Source: Pseudomonadales bacterium
Lineage (GTDB): Bacteria; Pseudomonadota; Gammaproteobacteria; Pseudomonadales; IMCC2047
Length of the DNA stretch: 64,000 nucleotides
Direction of reading: 5' to 3'
NCBI GenBank assembly: GCA_041395865.1
Contig: JAWKZQ010000015.1
Location: forward strand, 1,604-65,603
Shown in pieces: positions 28,937 to 38,930 of the stretch. A program made the position numbers and the translations under genes. Position 1 is the first letter of the stretch, and every line of letters starts with the position of its first letter. The notes below the pieces were generated by a model. That model was not told the origin of the DNA and searched no databases. It saw only the letters and a program-made list of their open reading frames with translations.

Positions 28937-28954
28937 TGTCTCTTTTTGGAAACA
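28937..28954. promoter_or_regulatory. GlrR/QseF-type site TGTC-N10-AACA (middle, imperfect)
   Basis: TGTCTCTTTTTGGAAACA matches 7 of 8 positions of TGTCN10GACA. Confidence 0.35.
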
Positions 28955-29032
28955 AAGTTATTAGCCAGCCTACAGCTGAAAGGGGGAATGGAGGAAAGGC
29001 CCGCCCTGCCTGGTTTGCAAAGCCGCTACAAA

Positions 29033-29050
29033 TGTCTCCATATAGAGACA
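29033..29050. promoter_or_regulatory. GlrR/QseF-type site TGTC-N10-GACA (distal, perfect)
   Basis: TGTCTCCATATAGAGACA, with 7-bp perfect arms ATGTCTC/GAGACAT, lies 12 bp past the glrR-like stop codon. Confidence 0.55.
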
Positions 29051-29061
29051 TCCGTGCCGTT

Positions 29062-30414
29062 TTAAGGTTTGAACTGGTCAGGCCGCAAATCGTGGCGCTG
29101 CAGAAGTTTATAGAAATCAGTCCGGTTACGCTGGGCCAGCTTGGCAGCCCGGGAAACATTTCCTTCCGTAAGCCGAAGCACCTTCACCAGGTAGTCACGT
29201 TCAAAATGGTGCCGAGCCTCATTGAAGGAAGGCATAACGCCTGACTCGTTATCGATGGCGTCACGCACCAACGCCTCTGGAATTAAGCTGGTATGCGCCA
29301 GTGCAACAATCTGCTGCACGGCGTTTTCGAGTTGACGTACGTTGCCGGGCCAGGAAGCCCCGACAAGCAGATTCATCGCCTCGGGACTAAAGGCAGAGAC
29401 TTTGCTGTAATGCCCCTTCTGGCTTTGTTTAAGGAAATGATTGGCAAGCAGCGGTATATCCTCGCGTCGCTCGCTTAAATCAGGCAATTTCAGGTTAACT
29501 ACATTGAGGCGGTAATACAGGTCTTCGCGAAACTGGCCGTTCTTCATTTCCTGCTCAAGATCCCGGTGCGTCGCCGAGATAATCCTGACATCCACAGGGT
29601 AGCTCTGCGTGCTTCCCACCGGGCGTACCTGGCGCTCCTGCAGGACTCGCAACAGCTTGACCTGTAGCGGCACCGGCATATCGCCAATTTCATCCAAAAA
29701 CAAGGTGCCTCCGTCGGCCGCCCTTAACAACCCCAGGTGATCGGTACTTGCGCCCGTAAAAGCACCCTTTACATGCCCAAACAGCTCCGACTCCAGAAGC
29801 GGCTCTGGCAGCGCACCACAATTGATCGGTATAAAGGGCTGATCGTTGCGCGCACTGCCCCTGTGTATGGCCTGCGCCAGCAACTCTTTACCCGTACCGC
29901 TGGCACCGGTAATCAACAGACTGACATCCGATTCGGCAACGCGCTTGGCGGTTTGCAGCAGCCTCTCCATGCTTTCGCTACGAGTCAGGATATGGGAACA
30001 CCAGGCCGGTTCGTCCGTATCCAGCTTGGGACGACTGGTTTGAGCAATGGCCTGCTCGATTTGAGTAAACAGTTCATCCTTGTCGATGGGCTTGGTCAGA
30101 AAGCCAAACACCCCTTTCTGGGTTGCCGCTACCGCATCAGAAATCGAACCCTGGGCGGTAATGATAATAACCGGCAAACCCGGATGATGCTGCTGGATTT
30201 GATCAAACAGCTCTATGCCGTCCATTCCATCCATGCGCAGGTCGCTCACCACCAGGTCGATGTCATGGACTTTCAATTCCCGAAGCGCTTCCTGGCCGTC
30301 ATTGGCCGTTCTCACGCGATAATTCTGGGCCTCCATGCGCATCACCAGCAACTTCTTGAGACTGGGATCGTCATCCACTAAAAGAACCTGTGGTGCAAAT
30401 TCGGCCATTACCAT
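29062..30414 (-). CDS. glrR: sigma54-dependent response regulator, GlrR/QseF-like (NtrC family)
   Basis: Receiver domain (VLLVDDD...D), AAA+ Walker A GASGTGKE, sigma54-contact loop GAFTGA, C-terminal HTH. It is the last gene of a kinase-lipoprotein-regulator trio. ATG at 30414 or 30408. Confidence 0.85.
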   Translation of the reverse strand: MVMAEFAPQVLLVDDDPSLKKLLVMRMEAQNYRVRTANDGQEALRELKVHDIDLVVSDLRMDGMDGIELFDQIQQHHPGLPVIIITAQGSISDAVAATQKGVFGFLTKPIDKDELFTQIEQAIAQTSRPKLDTDEPAWCSHILTRSESMERLLQTAKRVAESDVSLLITGASGTGKELLAQAIHRGSARNDQPFIPINCGALPEPLLESELFGHVKGAFTGASTDHLGLLRAADGGTLFLDEIGDMPVPLQVKLLRVLQERQVRPVGSTQSYPVDVRIISATHRDLEQEMKNGQFREDLYYRLNVVNLKLPDLSERREDIPLLANHFLKQSQKGHYSKVSAFSPEAMNLLVGASWPGNVRQLENAVQQIVALAHTSLIPEALVRDAIDNESGVMPSFNEARHHFERDYLVKVLRLTEGNVSRAAKLAQRNRTDFYKLLQRHDLRPDQFKP

Positions 30415-30415
30415 A

Positions 30416-30964
30416 TCACTCTTTGGGCTGGTCAGGGTCGCTCTGTAAATCCGCATCCTGAGCCTGTTCTTTACGGGAACTCATGTTTTGCTCAAGATGC
30501 GTAATCGCCTGGATTTTCTCCTCCAGCACGCGCTGCATGGCCTCACTTTCTTCCAGCTGTAAAGCCACCTTGCTGTAGCGCGCCTCCCAGTTAATCATGC
30601 TTTGATTATAACGCAGTAATAATTTTACCAGTCCCTTCAGGTCCTGCCCAAGATCCTGTGAAGCAAGCACATGCCTGAATGCGTCCCGGGCGCGAATCCA
30701 CCCCGCCCTTTCCGACAGCTGCTGATTCAAGAGGCCGTAACGAAACCACTGCAGGCTGGTTTTTTCGTCATCGCTGATCTTATCCAGGCGCTGCTGCGCC
30801 TGCTGGGGGGTTAACGCCATATAGAGATCGGCAATACGCAGCCAGTAATGGCGCTGTTCAACCGTCAAAGCGGGTTGGCGATCCCAACCTTCATAGTAGG
30901 AGGTCTGCCAGTATTGGCACCCTGTACAGACCAACACCATCGCAACAATCGCGATCTTTTTCAT
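30416..30964 (-). CDS. qseG: QseG/YfhG-like lipoprotein of the two-component module
   Basis: Lipobox LVCTGC. HYWLRIADL, EARYSKV and NMSSRKEQ align with remembered E. coli YfhG blocks (LYWLRAMD, RQRYSKL, QLSTRK). ATGA overlap with the kinase gene. Confidence 0.65.
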   Translation of the reverse strand: MKKIAIVAMVLVCTGCQYWQTSYYEGWDRQPALTVEQRHYWLRIADLYMALTPQQAQQRLDKISDDEKTSLQWFRYGLLNQQLSERAGWIRARDAFRHVLASQDLGQDLKGLVKLLLRYNQSMINWEARYSKVALQLEESEAMQRVLEEKIQAITHLEQNMSSRKEQAQDADLQSDPDQPKE

Positions 30965-32394
30965 ATCCCGTTATTCTCCAATGTTGGACAGGTAATCCGG
31001 AAACACACCGGTAACTCAGGGTGCTGTGAAAGGGTCAATGTCCCACCATGCGCCAGTATGCATTCACGCGCAACACTGAGTCCGATACCCGACCCCTTTA
31101 TAGGCCCTGTACGGCTGTTAACCCCTTGGTAAAAGGGCTCGAAAATCTTTTTCCACTCATCCTTCGGAATCGCCTTCCCTGAATTAGCCACCTCCATGAC
31201 CAGCGCTTCATCCTGTTGATGCCAGCCGATATCAATCCGGCCCTTCTCAGGGGCATAGTTGACCGCATTAGAAAGCAAATTATCCAGCACAGTGCGGAAC
31301 TTTGCTTCATCCAGTGGCCAGCTCTCAACATCTCCCTCACAATCAATTTGCAGCTGTTTTTGCTCGATGCTGATCTGGTGCGTCGACATCAGCTCCTGCC
31401 AAACCGTGTGCAAGGAGAGCGGTTGCACATCCAACTGCTGATTATGCACAACCTGATTGTAATCCAGCAGGTTCTCGATAAGTCGCTGCAACTCGCGGCT
31501 GTTATCGCGGATGATATCAACAACTTCGGACTGTTTGGCCTGCAACTCGCCCGCCACCCCTTCCGCCAGGAGATCGGCGCCTTCGCGCAAGCTTGCCAAC
31601 GGCGTTTTCAATTCGTGCGACATGTGCCGAAGGAACTGCAACTTCTGCTGCTCAAGTTCATCCAGGCGTTTTCGCAGCCATTCCAGCTCGTTACCCAGCA
31701 ACTGCATCTCCGCCGGGCCTGAAATCTGAATGGGCTGACTCATATCACCACTGCCCAATTGCCGGATCTCCCGGCCTATCTGTTTTACCGGAGTGGCTAT
31801 CCAGTAAATCAATAACAGGGAAAAGATCAGCGTCAAGACCGCCAACAACGCGACCATCAACATCAGGGAACGCTGGATATCCTCCGCATTACGGCTCAAC
31901 TCTCCCAACTGCGCATCAACGTAGGCCTGCACCTGCTGGCGGAAAGCATTGGCGGCAGCGCTCAATTCGTCAAAGCGCGGCAATGCCGCACTGATTTCAT
32001 CACTGGCTTGGGGAATTGCCTGTAAGCCCTGGTCAAGCTGTAACCACTGTTGATAAAGAGCGCTCCTGGATTCATGATCGATTGCCGTCAACGTCTCATT
32101 GATCTGAACCAATGCCGCCTGCAACTGTTTCCTTTCCCTTACAAACAATTCCAGCAGATCCGGGTCTCCCAGCGCGACAAACTGACGGGCACGTCGCTCA
32201 AGATCCAGCAAATTGGTTTCAAAGAACTGACTACTGCGGGTAAGGGAAATGGTATGCTGACTGGCTTTCTGATTTTGGCTGGCCAGCTCGTCAAGGGTCT
32301 GAACCGTATAAAAAATCGCTACACACAGGGGCGCTACCACGGTAATCAGGCCGAATAGCATCAACTGCAGGATTGATCGAGGGCGCCATAGCAT
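30961..32394 (-). CDS. glrK: Sensor histidine kinase, GlrK/QseE-like
   Basis: Two transmembrane helices plus HAMP, H-box MSHELKTPL, HATPase N/G boxes. 477 aa (E. coli GlrK is about 475 aa). Confidence 0.8.
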   Translation of the reverse strand: MLWRPRSILQLMLFGLITVVAPLCVAIFYTVQTLDELASQNQKASQHTISLTRSSQFFETNLLDLERRARQFVALGDPDLLELFVRERKQLQAALVQINETLTAIDHESRSALYQQWLQLDQGLQAIPQASDEISAALPRFDELSAAANAFRQQVQAYVDAQLGELSRNAEDIQRSLMLMVALLAVLTLIFSLLLIYWIATPVKQIGREIRQLGSGDMSQPIQISGPAEMQLLGNELEWLRKRLDELEQQKLQFLRHMSHELKTPLASLREGADLLAEGVAGELQAKQSEVVDIIRDNSRELQRLIENLLDYNQVVHNQQLDVQPLSLHTVWQELMSTHQISIEQKQLQIDCEGDVESWPLDEAKFRTVLDNLLSNAVNYAPEKGRIDIGWHQQDEALVMEVANSGKAIPKDEWKKIFEPFYQGVNSRTGPIKGSGIGLSVARECILAHGGTLTLSQHPELPVCFRITCPTLENNGI

Positions 32395-32486
32395 GGGGTT
32401 AGTTAACAGTCCGGTGGAATGTCCGTAAAAAACGCAGGGCTATTTTACTGCTGACGGTAACTATTTGACAGTCGCCAGCGCCCCCG

Positions 32487-33887
32487 CTAGCGACGTTTAT
32501 TATGACGAGTGTGCTCGAACAGCCTGCGTTTTTTGTTGATTTGTCGGTCTGTCAGCAGGTTCTTCCTACCTTCAAAGGGGTTTTTACCTGACTTAAATTC
32601 AATAAAAACAGGCGTGCCTTCGATTTTCAGCTTTCTACGGAAGTAGTTTTCTAAAAAGCGCTTGTAGCTGTTGGGCACGCTTTCTGTCTGGTTGCCGTGG
32701 ATAATAAACCGTGGCGGGTTTGAACCGCCCAGGTGAACCAGTCGCAGCTTGATTCGCCGCCCTCTTACCATTGGCGGCGCATGTTCCGTGGTGGCTTCCT
32801 GGAGAATAGTCGTCAGCTTGTTGGTTGACCAGCGACCGGTCGCAGATGCATAGGCCTTATCGATCGAGCCATAGAGTTCGCCTACGCCGGTACCGTGCAA
32901 TGCAGAAATAAAATGAATTTTTGCGTAACTCACAAACTCAAGGCGACGTTGTAATTCCTGTTTCACCTTGCGTTTATCGTCCGCATCCATGCCATCCCAT
33001 TTATTAATGGCAACTACCAGGGCGCGCCCGGCATCCAGCGCATACCCAAGCATGTGCAGATCCTGGTCAACCACGCCTTCACGGGCGTCGAAGACACAGA
33101 CCACGACATTGGCGTCGGAGATCGCCTGGAGCGTCTTGATAATGGAGAATTTCTCGACCGCTTCTTTGACGTTTTTACGGCGCCTGACACCGGCGGTATC
33201 AATCAGGGTGTAAGGCTTATCGAAGCGTTGATAGGGAATATAGACGCTATCACGCGTCGTTCCCGGTTGGTCATAGACCACCACCCGCTCTTCGCCCAGC
33301 ATTCTGTTGACCAGTGTGGATTTACCGACATTAGGGCGGCCAATAACGGCGATGCGCGTTCCTTTGCTTTCCTCGGTTTCGCTCTCCGCATCCGGTTCAG
33401 GGAAAGGCGCCAACACCTCCTCAATCAGGCTGCGAACCCCGCGGTTATGGGCCGCCGCAATATGGTAAAGGTTGGCAAAACCCATGCGATGGAACTCAGC
33501 AGTGGCCACATCGGCATTCAAACCATCGGTTTTATTGGCCACCAGGAAGCAGGTTTTATTGATTTTCCTCAGGTGATTGGCAATCATTTCATCCGCAGCA
33601 GTCAGCCCTGCCTGCGCATCGACCAGAAACAAAACCGCATCGGCCTCTTCCATTGCCTGTAGCGACTGGCCGGCCATTACAGAGTCGATACCGCTCTCAT
33701 CGCCGCTGATACCGCCGGTATCAATCACGATAAATTTACGGTCGTCGATCTCGCCTTCACCGTACTTACGGTCACGGGTCAGGCCTGCATAATCGGCCAC
33801 CAGCGCATCGCGCGACCGTGTCAGGCGGTTAAAAAGCGTAGACTTGCCAACATTAGGGCGTCCTACAATTGCGATGACTGGAATCAT
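32487..33887 (-). CDS. der: Ribosome-associated GTPase Der (EngA)
   Basis: Two tandem G domains, each with GRPNVGKST, and a KH-like C-terminus. Confidence 0.93.
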   Translation of the reverse strand: MIPVIAIVGRPNVGKSTLFNRLTRSRDALVADYAGLTRDRKYGEGEIDDRKFIVIDTGGISGDESGIDSVMAGQSLQAMEEADAVLFLVDAQAGLTAADEMIANHLRKINKTCFLVANKTDGLNADVATAEFHRMGFANLYHIAAAHNRGVRSLIEEVLAPFPEPDAESETEESKGTRIAVIGRPNVGKSTLVNRMLGEERVVVYDQPGTTRDSVYIPYQRFDKPYTLIDTAGVRRRKNVKEAVEKFSIIKTLQAISDANVVVCVFDAREGVVDQDLHMLGYALDAGRALVVAINKWDGMDADDKRKVKQELQRRLEFVSYAKIHFISALHGTGVGELYGSIDKAYASATGRWSTNKLTTILQEATTEHAPPMVRGRRIKLRLVHLGGSNPPRFIIHGNQTESVPNSYKRFLENYFRRKLKIEGTPVFIEFKSGKNPFEGRKNLLTDRQINKKRRLFEHTRHNKRR

Positions 33888-33919
33888 GAAAAAAACCTGT
33901 AAAGCGCTTAGAGAAAAAG

Positions 33920-35071
33920 CTATTTGATCGTCAGCGCAACTAATTTGCCACTGTTACCATAAACGTACAGCAAATTTCCCTTTGCCAGTGGACGAGTGCG
34001 AACACCGTCGCCATCAACTTTTTTACGGGCCACAAACTGGCCATTATTTTGCGTCATCAGGTGCAAATAACCCTGGTCATCCGCAACCGCCAAGTAGTTG
34101 GCAAAGGCTGTCGGTGCCGTCACCGTTCTATGCTCCAGGCTCTTTTGTACCCAGGCTTCTTCGCTGGTTGCCTGATCGAAGGCATAGACGTGATCATCGG
34201 CAGCGCTGACAAAAAGGTTGCCCAACGCTTCGTCGGGACCCTGGAAGCTGGACAGCGGTTTGCGCCAGAGCGGGCGACCGTTATTAACGTCGATAGCAAC
34301 GACAAACCCTTGGAAACTGGTGGCATAAAGCGTGGAACCGGCCAGCAACAGATCGCCGTCGACATCGGTCATACGCTCAAACTCGGAACGTCCCTGGGGC
34401 ACAGTCGCCCGTTGTTTCCACAGCAAGGAGCCGGTATCAGCCTGCAGGGCAACCACCTGACCGTTCCCCAAGCCAACCAGAGCCAGCTCAGGTGTCAGGA
34501 TAGGGCTGCTGGTCCCGCGCAGGGAAAGCGCCGGCGTATTGCTTTCATACTGCCAGCGATGCTCTCCCGTTTTATGGTCAAAGGCGTAGACCTTCTCGTC
34601 CAGCGTTTGAACCACCACCAGACGGGCATTGGTTTTGGGTGCAGATAAAATTTCACTGGAAACGGCAACACGCCACACAGAACTACCGTCTTTCTGGCTT
34701 AGCGCCAACAGATGGCCGCTTTCGGTGCCGACAAATACCATGCCGTAACCGGCGCCAACGCCACCGCTCAGGTTTTCATTGAGCTTAACGCGCCACTGCC
34801 GCTTGCCCGTCTCCCGATCGAAAGCGACCACAATGCCTGCAGCGTCGGCGGCATAGATCACCTGTCCGTCGACAGCCGGCGTTAACTTCACGTAACGTGC
34901 CCCGATACCATCACCCACCTTGGCAGACCACTGTTTAACAAGCTTTACCTGCTCGTCGAATTTCACCAAAGGTGAAGGCTCAGGGCCTTGGTCGTCCTTG
35001 GAAAACAGGGCACACCCGGATAAAAAGGATAACAGGAGAGTTGTTAAAACAGCCCGATTAAAGGTTTTCAT
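33920..35071 (-). CDS. bamB: Outer membrane protein assembly factor BamB
   Basis: Lipobox FLSGC, PQQ-like beta-propeller repeats, conserved yfgM-bamB-der position. Confidence 0.9.
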   Translation of the reverse strand: MKTFNRAVLTTLLLSFLSGCALFSKDDQGPEPSPLVKFDEQVKLVKQWSAKVGDGIGARYVKLTPAVDGQVIYAADAAGIVVAFDRETGKRQWRVKLNENLSGGVGAGYGMVFVGTESGHLLALSQKDGSSVWRVAVSSEILSAPKTNARLVVVQTLDEKVYAFDHKTGEHRWQYESNTPALSLRGTSSPILTPELALVGLGNGQVVALQADTGSLLWKQRATVPQGRSEFERMTDVDGDLLLAGSTLYATSFQGFVVAIDVNNGRPLWRKPLSSFQGPDEALGNLFVSAADDHVYAFDQATSEEAWVQKSLEHRTVTAPTAFANYLAVADDQGYLHLMTQNNGQFVARKKVDGDGVRTRPLAKGNLLYVYGNSGKLVALTIK

Positions 35072-35731
35072 TTAGTGCTCCGCCACCGCCAGATCATTCA
35101 ACTTCATGTTCAGGACCAAACGGTTTTCGCCCCTTTCCTTCAAAGCATCGGCCGCTTTTTGATAAGCCTTGCGAGCATCATCTTCACGCCCCAGCGCAAG
35201 GTAAATATCACCTTTAACCTCATCATAAGTTGGCTGGTGCGAACCGGCATCAACCGTTTCAATCAGGGCCAGGCCAGCCTGCAGGTTATCTTCTCCGCCC
35301 TTAGCCACCATGACCCTGGCCAGCCTCAGGTTGGCAACCAGGTACAGCGACTCGCCGGGCTGACTATGCTCGACCGCCCAGCGCAACTGCGCTTCGGCAG
35401 CAGCCAGGTCATTGCCAAGCAACGCCTGTTTCGCGGCCAGCAAGGCGGCATATTGTGCATAAGTCTGCGAACCGAACTCATCTTGCAACTGGCTTGCCAG
35501 GTGCATCACCGTCGAGGTCTGGCCCTCATCGTTCTGGGTAACTGCCTCCAGCAGGTTAAAATAAAGTTCGGAGGCGGCTTCACCGCTATTTTTTTGATGG
35601 TTTTGCCATGCCTGCCAGCCAAAAATAACAGCCATTGCCAAACCCACACCAATCAGCAGCGAGCTACCGTTTTTCTTCCACCAGCGCTTCAGTGCCGCCA
35701 GTTGTTCCTCTTCCGTACGATAAACGTCCAC
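35072..35731 (-). CDS. yfgM: YfgM-family membrane-anchored TPR protein
   Basis: EEQLAALKRWWKKNG, then a transmembrane helix, then a TPR-like region. Position between hisS and bamB. Confidence 0.8.
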   Translation of the reverse strand: MDVYRTEEEQLAALKRWWKKNGSSLLIGVGLAMAVIFGWQAWQNHQKNSGEAASELYFNLLEAVTQNDEGQTSTVMHLASQLQDEFGSQTYAQYAALLAAKQALLGNDLAAAEAQLRWAVEHSQPGESLYLVANLRLARVMVAKGGEDNLQAGLALIETVDAGSHQPTYDEVKGDIYLALGREDDARKAYQKAADALKERGENRLVLNMKLNDLAVAEH

Positions 35732-35746
35732 AACAACTCCCGAAAA

Positions 35747-37027
35747 CTAGTTAGCCAATAGCTCTTGAAGAGCAACAACCACTTCATCATTTGCCAGTGT
35801 TCGCTGCTCTCCCTTGCCCCGTAAAGGTTTAAGTGAGACCACGCCCTCTGACAACTCCTGTTCGCCAATCAACAGGGCAACTTCAGCACCGCTTTTATCG
35901 GCCTTTTTCAGTTGCCCCTTAAATCCACCGCCACCGCAATTCACCTGGACCTTCAGCCCTTGCTGGCCGGTGCGCAGGCTTTCCGCCAGCTGCAGCGCGG
36001 CTGACGCTGTACCTTCACCGGCTGCAGCAATATAAACATCCGCGGTTTTATCCAGTGCCGTGGGCACCAGCTGCAGAGTTTGCAGCATCAGCACCAAACG
36101 CTCAACTCCCATCGCAAAACCGACCGCGGGCGTTGCTTTACCACCGAGTTGCTCAACCAGCCCATCATAGCGACCGCCCGCACACACGGTACCCTGCGCG
36201 CCCAACTCGGTTGTCACCCACTCAAACACGGTTTTACTGTAGTAATCCAGTCCCCTGACCAGACGAGGGTTAACCTTATAACGGATCCCGGCAGCATCCA
36301 GGATGTGCAGCAGGCTCCGGAAATGGCTGGCCGACTCCTCATCCAGGTAGTCCCTGAAGTTTGGCGCCCCATCAAGAATTGCCTGGGTATCCGGGCTTTT
36401 ACTGTCCAGGATGCGCAGTGGATTGCTGTCCAGGCGGCGCTGGCTGTCAGCATCCAGCTGGTCGATATGAGCCCGCAGGTAAACCACCAGGTCATCGCGG
36501 TAACGGGCGCGCGCTTCGGCGCTACCCAATGAATTGATTTCCAGTGTGACATGATCCAGCAGCCCCAGTTCACGCCACAGCCGCGCTGACAACAGAATCA
36601 GTTCCGCATCAATATCCGGCCCGGCCATGCCAAAGGTTTCCACACCGATCTGGTGAAACTGCCGATAGCGCCCTTTCTGCGGACGCTCGTAGCGAAACAT
36701 AGGTCCGTTGTACCACAGGCGCTGCACCTGGTTATAAAGCAAGCCATGCTCTTCACAGGCGCGCACACAGCAGGCCGTTCCCTCGGGGCGCAATGTGAGG
36801 CTTTCCCCGTTACGATCGTCGAAGGTATACATTTCCTTTTCAACGATATCGGTAACTTCGCCGATGGAACGCTTAAACAGATCAGTCTGCTCAACGATTG
36901 GCATGCGGATCTGCTGATAACCGTAGGATTTCAGCACCCGCAGCACAGTTTCCTCAAGGTACTGCCAAGTCGCCGTTTCGGCAGGCAAAATGTCATTCAT
37001 GCCTCTGATGGCTTTTATCTTTGCCAA
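35747..37027 (-). CDS. hisS: Histidine--tRNA ligase
   Basis: [13 protein letters not shown]-terminus and class II aaRS motifs ([14 protein letters not shown]), 426 aa. Confidence 0.95.
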   Translation of the reverse strand: MAKIKAIRGMNDILPAETATWQYLEETVLRVLKSYGYQQIRMPIVEQTDLFKRSIGEVTDIVEKEMYTFDDRNGESLTLRPEGTACCVRACEEHGLLYNQVQRLWYNGPMFRYERPQKGRYRQFHQIGVETFGMAGPDIDAELILLSARLWRELGLLDHVTLEINSLGSAEARARYRDDLVVYLRAHIDQLDADSQRRLDSNPLRILDSKSPDTQAILDGAPNFRDYLDEESASHFRSLLHILDAAGIRYKVNPRLVRGLDYYSKTVFEWVTTELGAQGTVCAGGRYDGLVEQLGGKATPAVGFAMGVERLVLMLQTLQLVPTALDKTADVYIAAAGEGTASAALQLAESLRTGQQGLKVQVNCGGGGFKGQLKKADKSGAEVALLIGEQELSEGVVSLKPLRGKGEQRTLANDEVVVALQELLAN

Positions 37028-37155
37028 GGCGTCGTCCTTACAATTCTCAGTTATTCAAAAGGATTTCAGGCAGGAAAGGCATCAAGCTCCTGCGCTGGGG
37101 GGACCTGACCAGCAAAAGATTGCTAGCGTCAAACAACTACAGCAAAGAATGGCAA

Positions 37156-37992
37156 TTACAAACCAAGCTGAAACCTGGCTTCATTGCCCTCACCCATATA
37201 CGGTGTCAGGTCAACCGGCGCACTATTGTATGACAGTTTAACCGCGGCTGCATTGCCAATTACAACATCAAAGTAAGAGGAACTGGTCAGGCTCAGGGTT
37301 TCGCCCGTTTCTTTGACACCGCTGAAAAGAACAGAGCCGCTGGCATCGCGCACTTCCAGCCAGCTGCTATCGACGAAAGTCACCTGCATACTATCCACAG
37401 CAACAGGAGCTTGCGAATTTGCTACCGCTGCTGCGCTTTCCTCGGGCTGCACACTCAAGTCCAGCTTTTCCACACGCGTTTCACCGGATACGGTTTCCAC
37501 TTCAACGACCGTAACCGCTTCGGCAACGGTCTCCAGCCCTCCGGCTTGTTTCTGCCACCAATACATGGAGGACACAACAAATAAAACAACCGATAGCACG
37601 CCCAAAGCACGCATCACCGGATCGGTGGAAGCGACCTTAAGCTTCCCACGCCGACGCACATTTCCCTGCTCACTAACCGGCTGCGCCTGCCGCTCGTAAA
37701 CACCGAGGATTTCCTGTGGCGAAAGCCCTACACAGACCGCATAATTTTTTATATACCCCTTCACAAAGGTGGGGCCCGGCAAACGATCAAACGCATCGGA
37801 CTCGAGCGCCTGTACATAGGTCTCGGTTAAATTAAGACGTCGTGCGACCTGCGCTTTCGACCACCCCTTTGCCTTTCGGGCCGAAAGCAGCCGCTGGCCA
37901 ACACCAGGCTGCTGACTGGCAACGACAACCAGCTCGTTGACTTGCTTTTTTTCAGCCTGTTCTGTTTCGCGAACGACAGCGAGATTGGTCAT
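37156..37992 (-). CDS. rodZ: Cytoskeleton protein RodZ
   Basis: N-terminal HTH (GQRLLSARKAKGWSKAQVARRLNL...), a central transmembrane helix, and a C-terminal DUF4115-like domain. Confidence 0.85.
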   Translation of the reverse strand: MTNLAVVRETEQAEKKQVNELVVVASQQPGVGQRLLSARKAKGWSKAQVARRLNLTETYVQALESDAFDRLPGPTFVKGYIKNYAVCVGLSPQEILGVYERQAQPVSEQGNVRRRGKLKVASTDPVMRALGVLSVVLFVVSSMYWWQKQAGGLETVAEAVTVVEVETVSGETRVEKLDLSVQPEESAAAVANSQAPVAVDSMQVTFVDSSWLEVRDASGSVLFSGVKETGETLSLTSSSYFDVVIGNAAAVKLSYNSAPVDLTPYMGEGNEARFQLGL

Positions 37993-38801
37993 TACCCGCC
38001 CTTAATGATGTCTTTATTTTCAGGAGAGTCGGGGAACAGGTTGCGCAACTTCAGCGCATAACTGGCTTCCGCATTTTTATCACGTTCTTCGCGAGACAAC
38101 TGGACGCCCAGCCACAGGCTCTTAGGCGTTTGCGAAGCCATACGATAGCGCACCAGGCGTTGGTAGCTGGTGTGATATTGGCGGCTCAAATTCAGGCTGT
38201 TATTGACGAAATGCAGGTAAGAGGCCTCCAGCAACGCCCGGGCCCGGCTATCGTCAATACTGATTGCCCGCTCATAGGCCGCTAAAGCATCGGTCGTTTT
38301 CCCAATTCGCTGGTAACAAACCCCCAGGTTTTCATAAACCTGCGATCGCTTTTCGTAAAAAGCGTCTTCGCTCGCCAGCCTCAATTGCTCACAGGCATCC
38401 ATCAACCGGTCAGTGCGAAATAAAAATCCTGCATAATTATTGCGGATACGGGTTTTGCTCACGCCATTGCTGTATCGCAGTGCATTCTGAAAATATTTTT
38501 CAGCCAGCGAATCGTCCTTTTCCACCTGGAACAGCATGGCCAGTGCGGCATGCACATCGGCAGAGCGGGAATCGATTTCCAGGGCGCGTTTTAAAGGCGG
38601 CATCGCATCCACCGTATTACCCTGCTGAATATAAGCCAAGCCCAGCTCTGTGTATTTGCGAAGCGCCTCTTGTTCGTCGGCATTCTTTTTAAAGCGCGAA
38701 TCAGAGGTCGAAACACACCCCGCCAGCAAAGCCAGGCAAACCACGAGCCCTAACTTGGAAAGGAGGGAAACTTTTCCTGGAACAACCGCTTTATTCATCA
38801 A
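37992..38801 (-). CDS. pilW: Type IV pilus biogenesis/stability TPR lipoprotein PilW (PilF)
   Basis: Lipobox LLAGC, TPR repeats, conserved rlmN-pilW-rodZ position. Confidence 0.85.
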   Translation of the reverse strand: MMNKAVVPGKVSLLSKLGLVVCLALLAGCVSTSDSRFKKNADEQEALRKYTELGLAYIQQGNTVDAMPPLKRALEIDSRSADVHAALAMLFQVEKDDSLAEKYFQNALRYSNGVSKTRIRNNYAGFLFRTDRLMDACEQLRLASEDAFYEKRSQVYENLGVCYQRIGKTTDALAAYERAISIDDSRARALLEASYLHFVNNSLNLSRQYHTSYQRLVRYRMASQTPKSLWLGVQLSREERDKNAEASYALKLRNLFPDSPENKDIIKGG

Positions 38802-38930
38802 GGTTACTCAACACTGTCGGAGGAACAATACAACTGAAAACAAACAGTTGCACATCATTGCTGTTGTTTATTATAGACCAGCACAGGATATGGCAAGTAA
38901 ATTCAGTCCCGGCAGCCCAATTAATTACAC

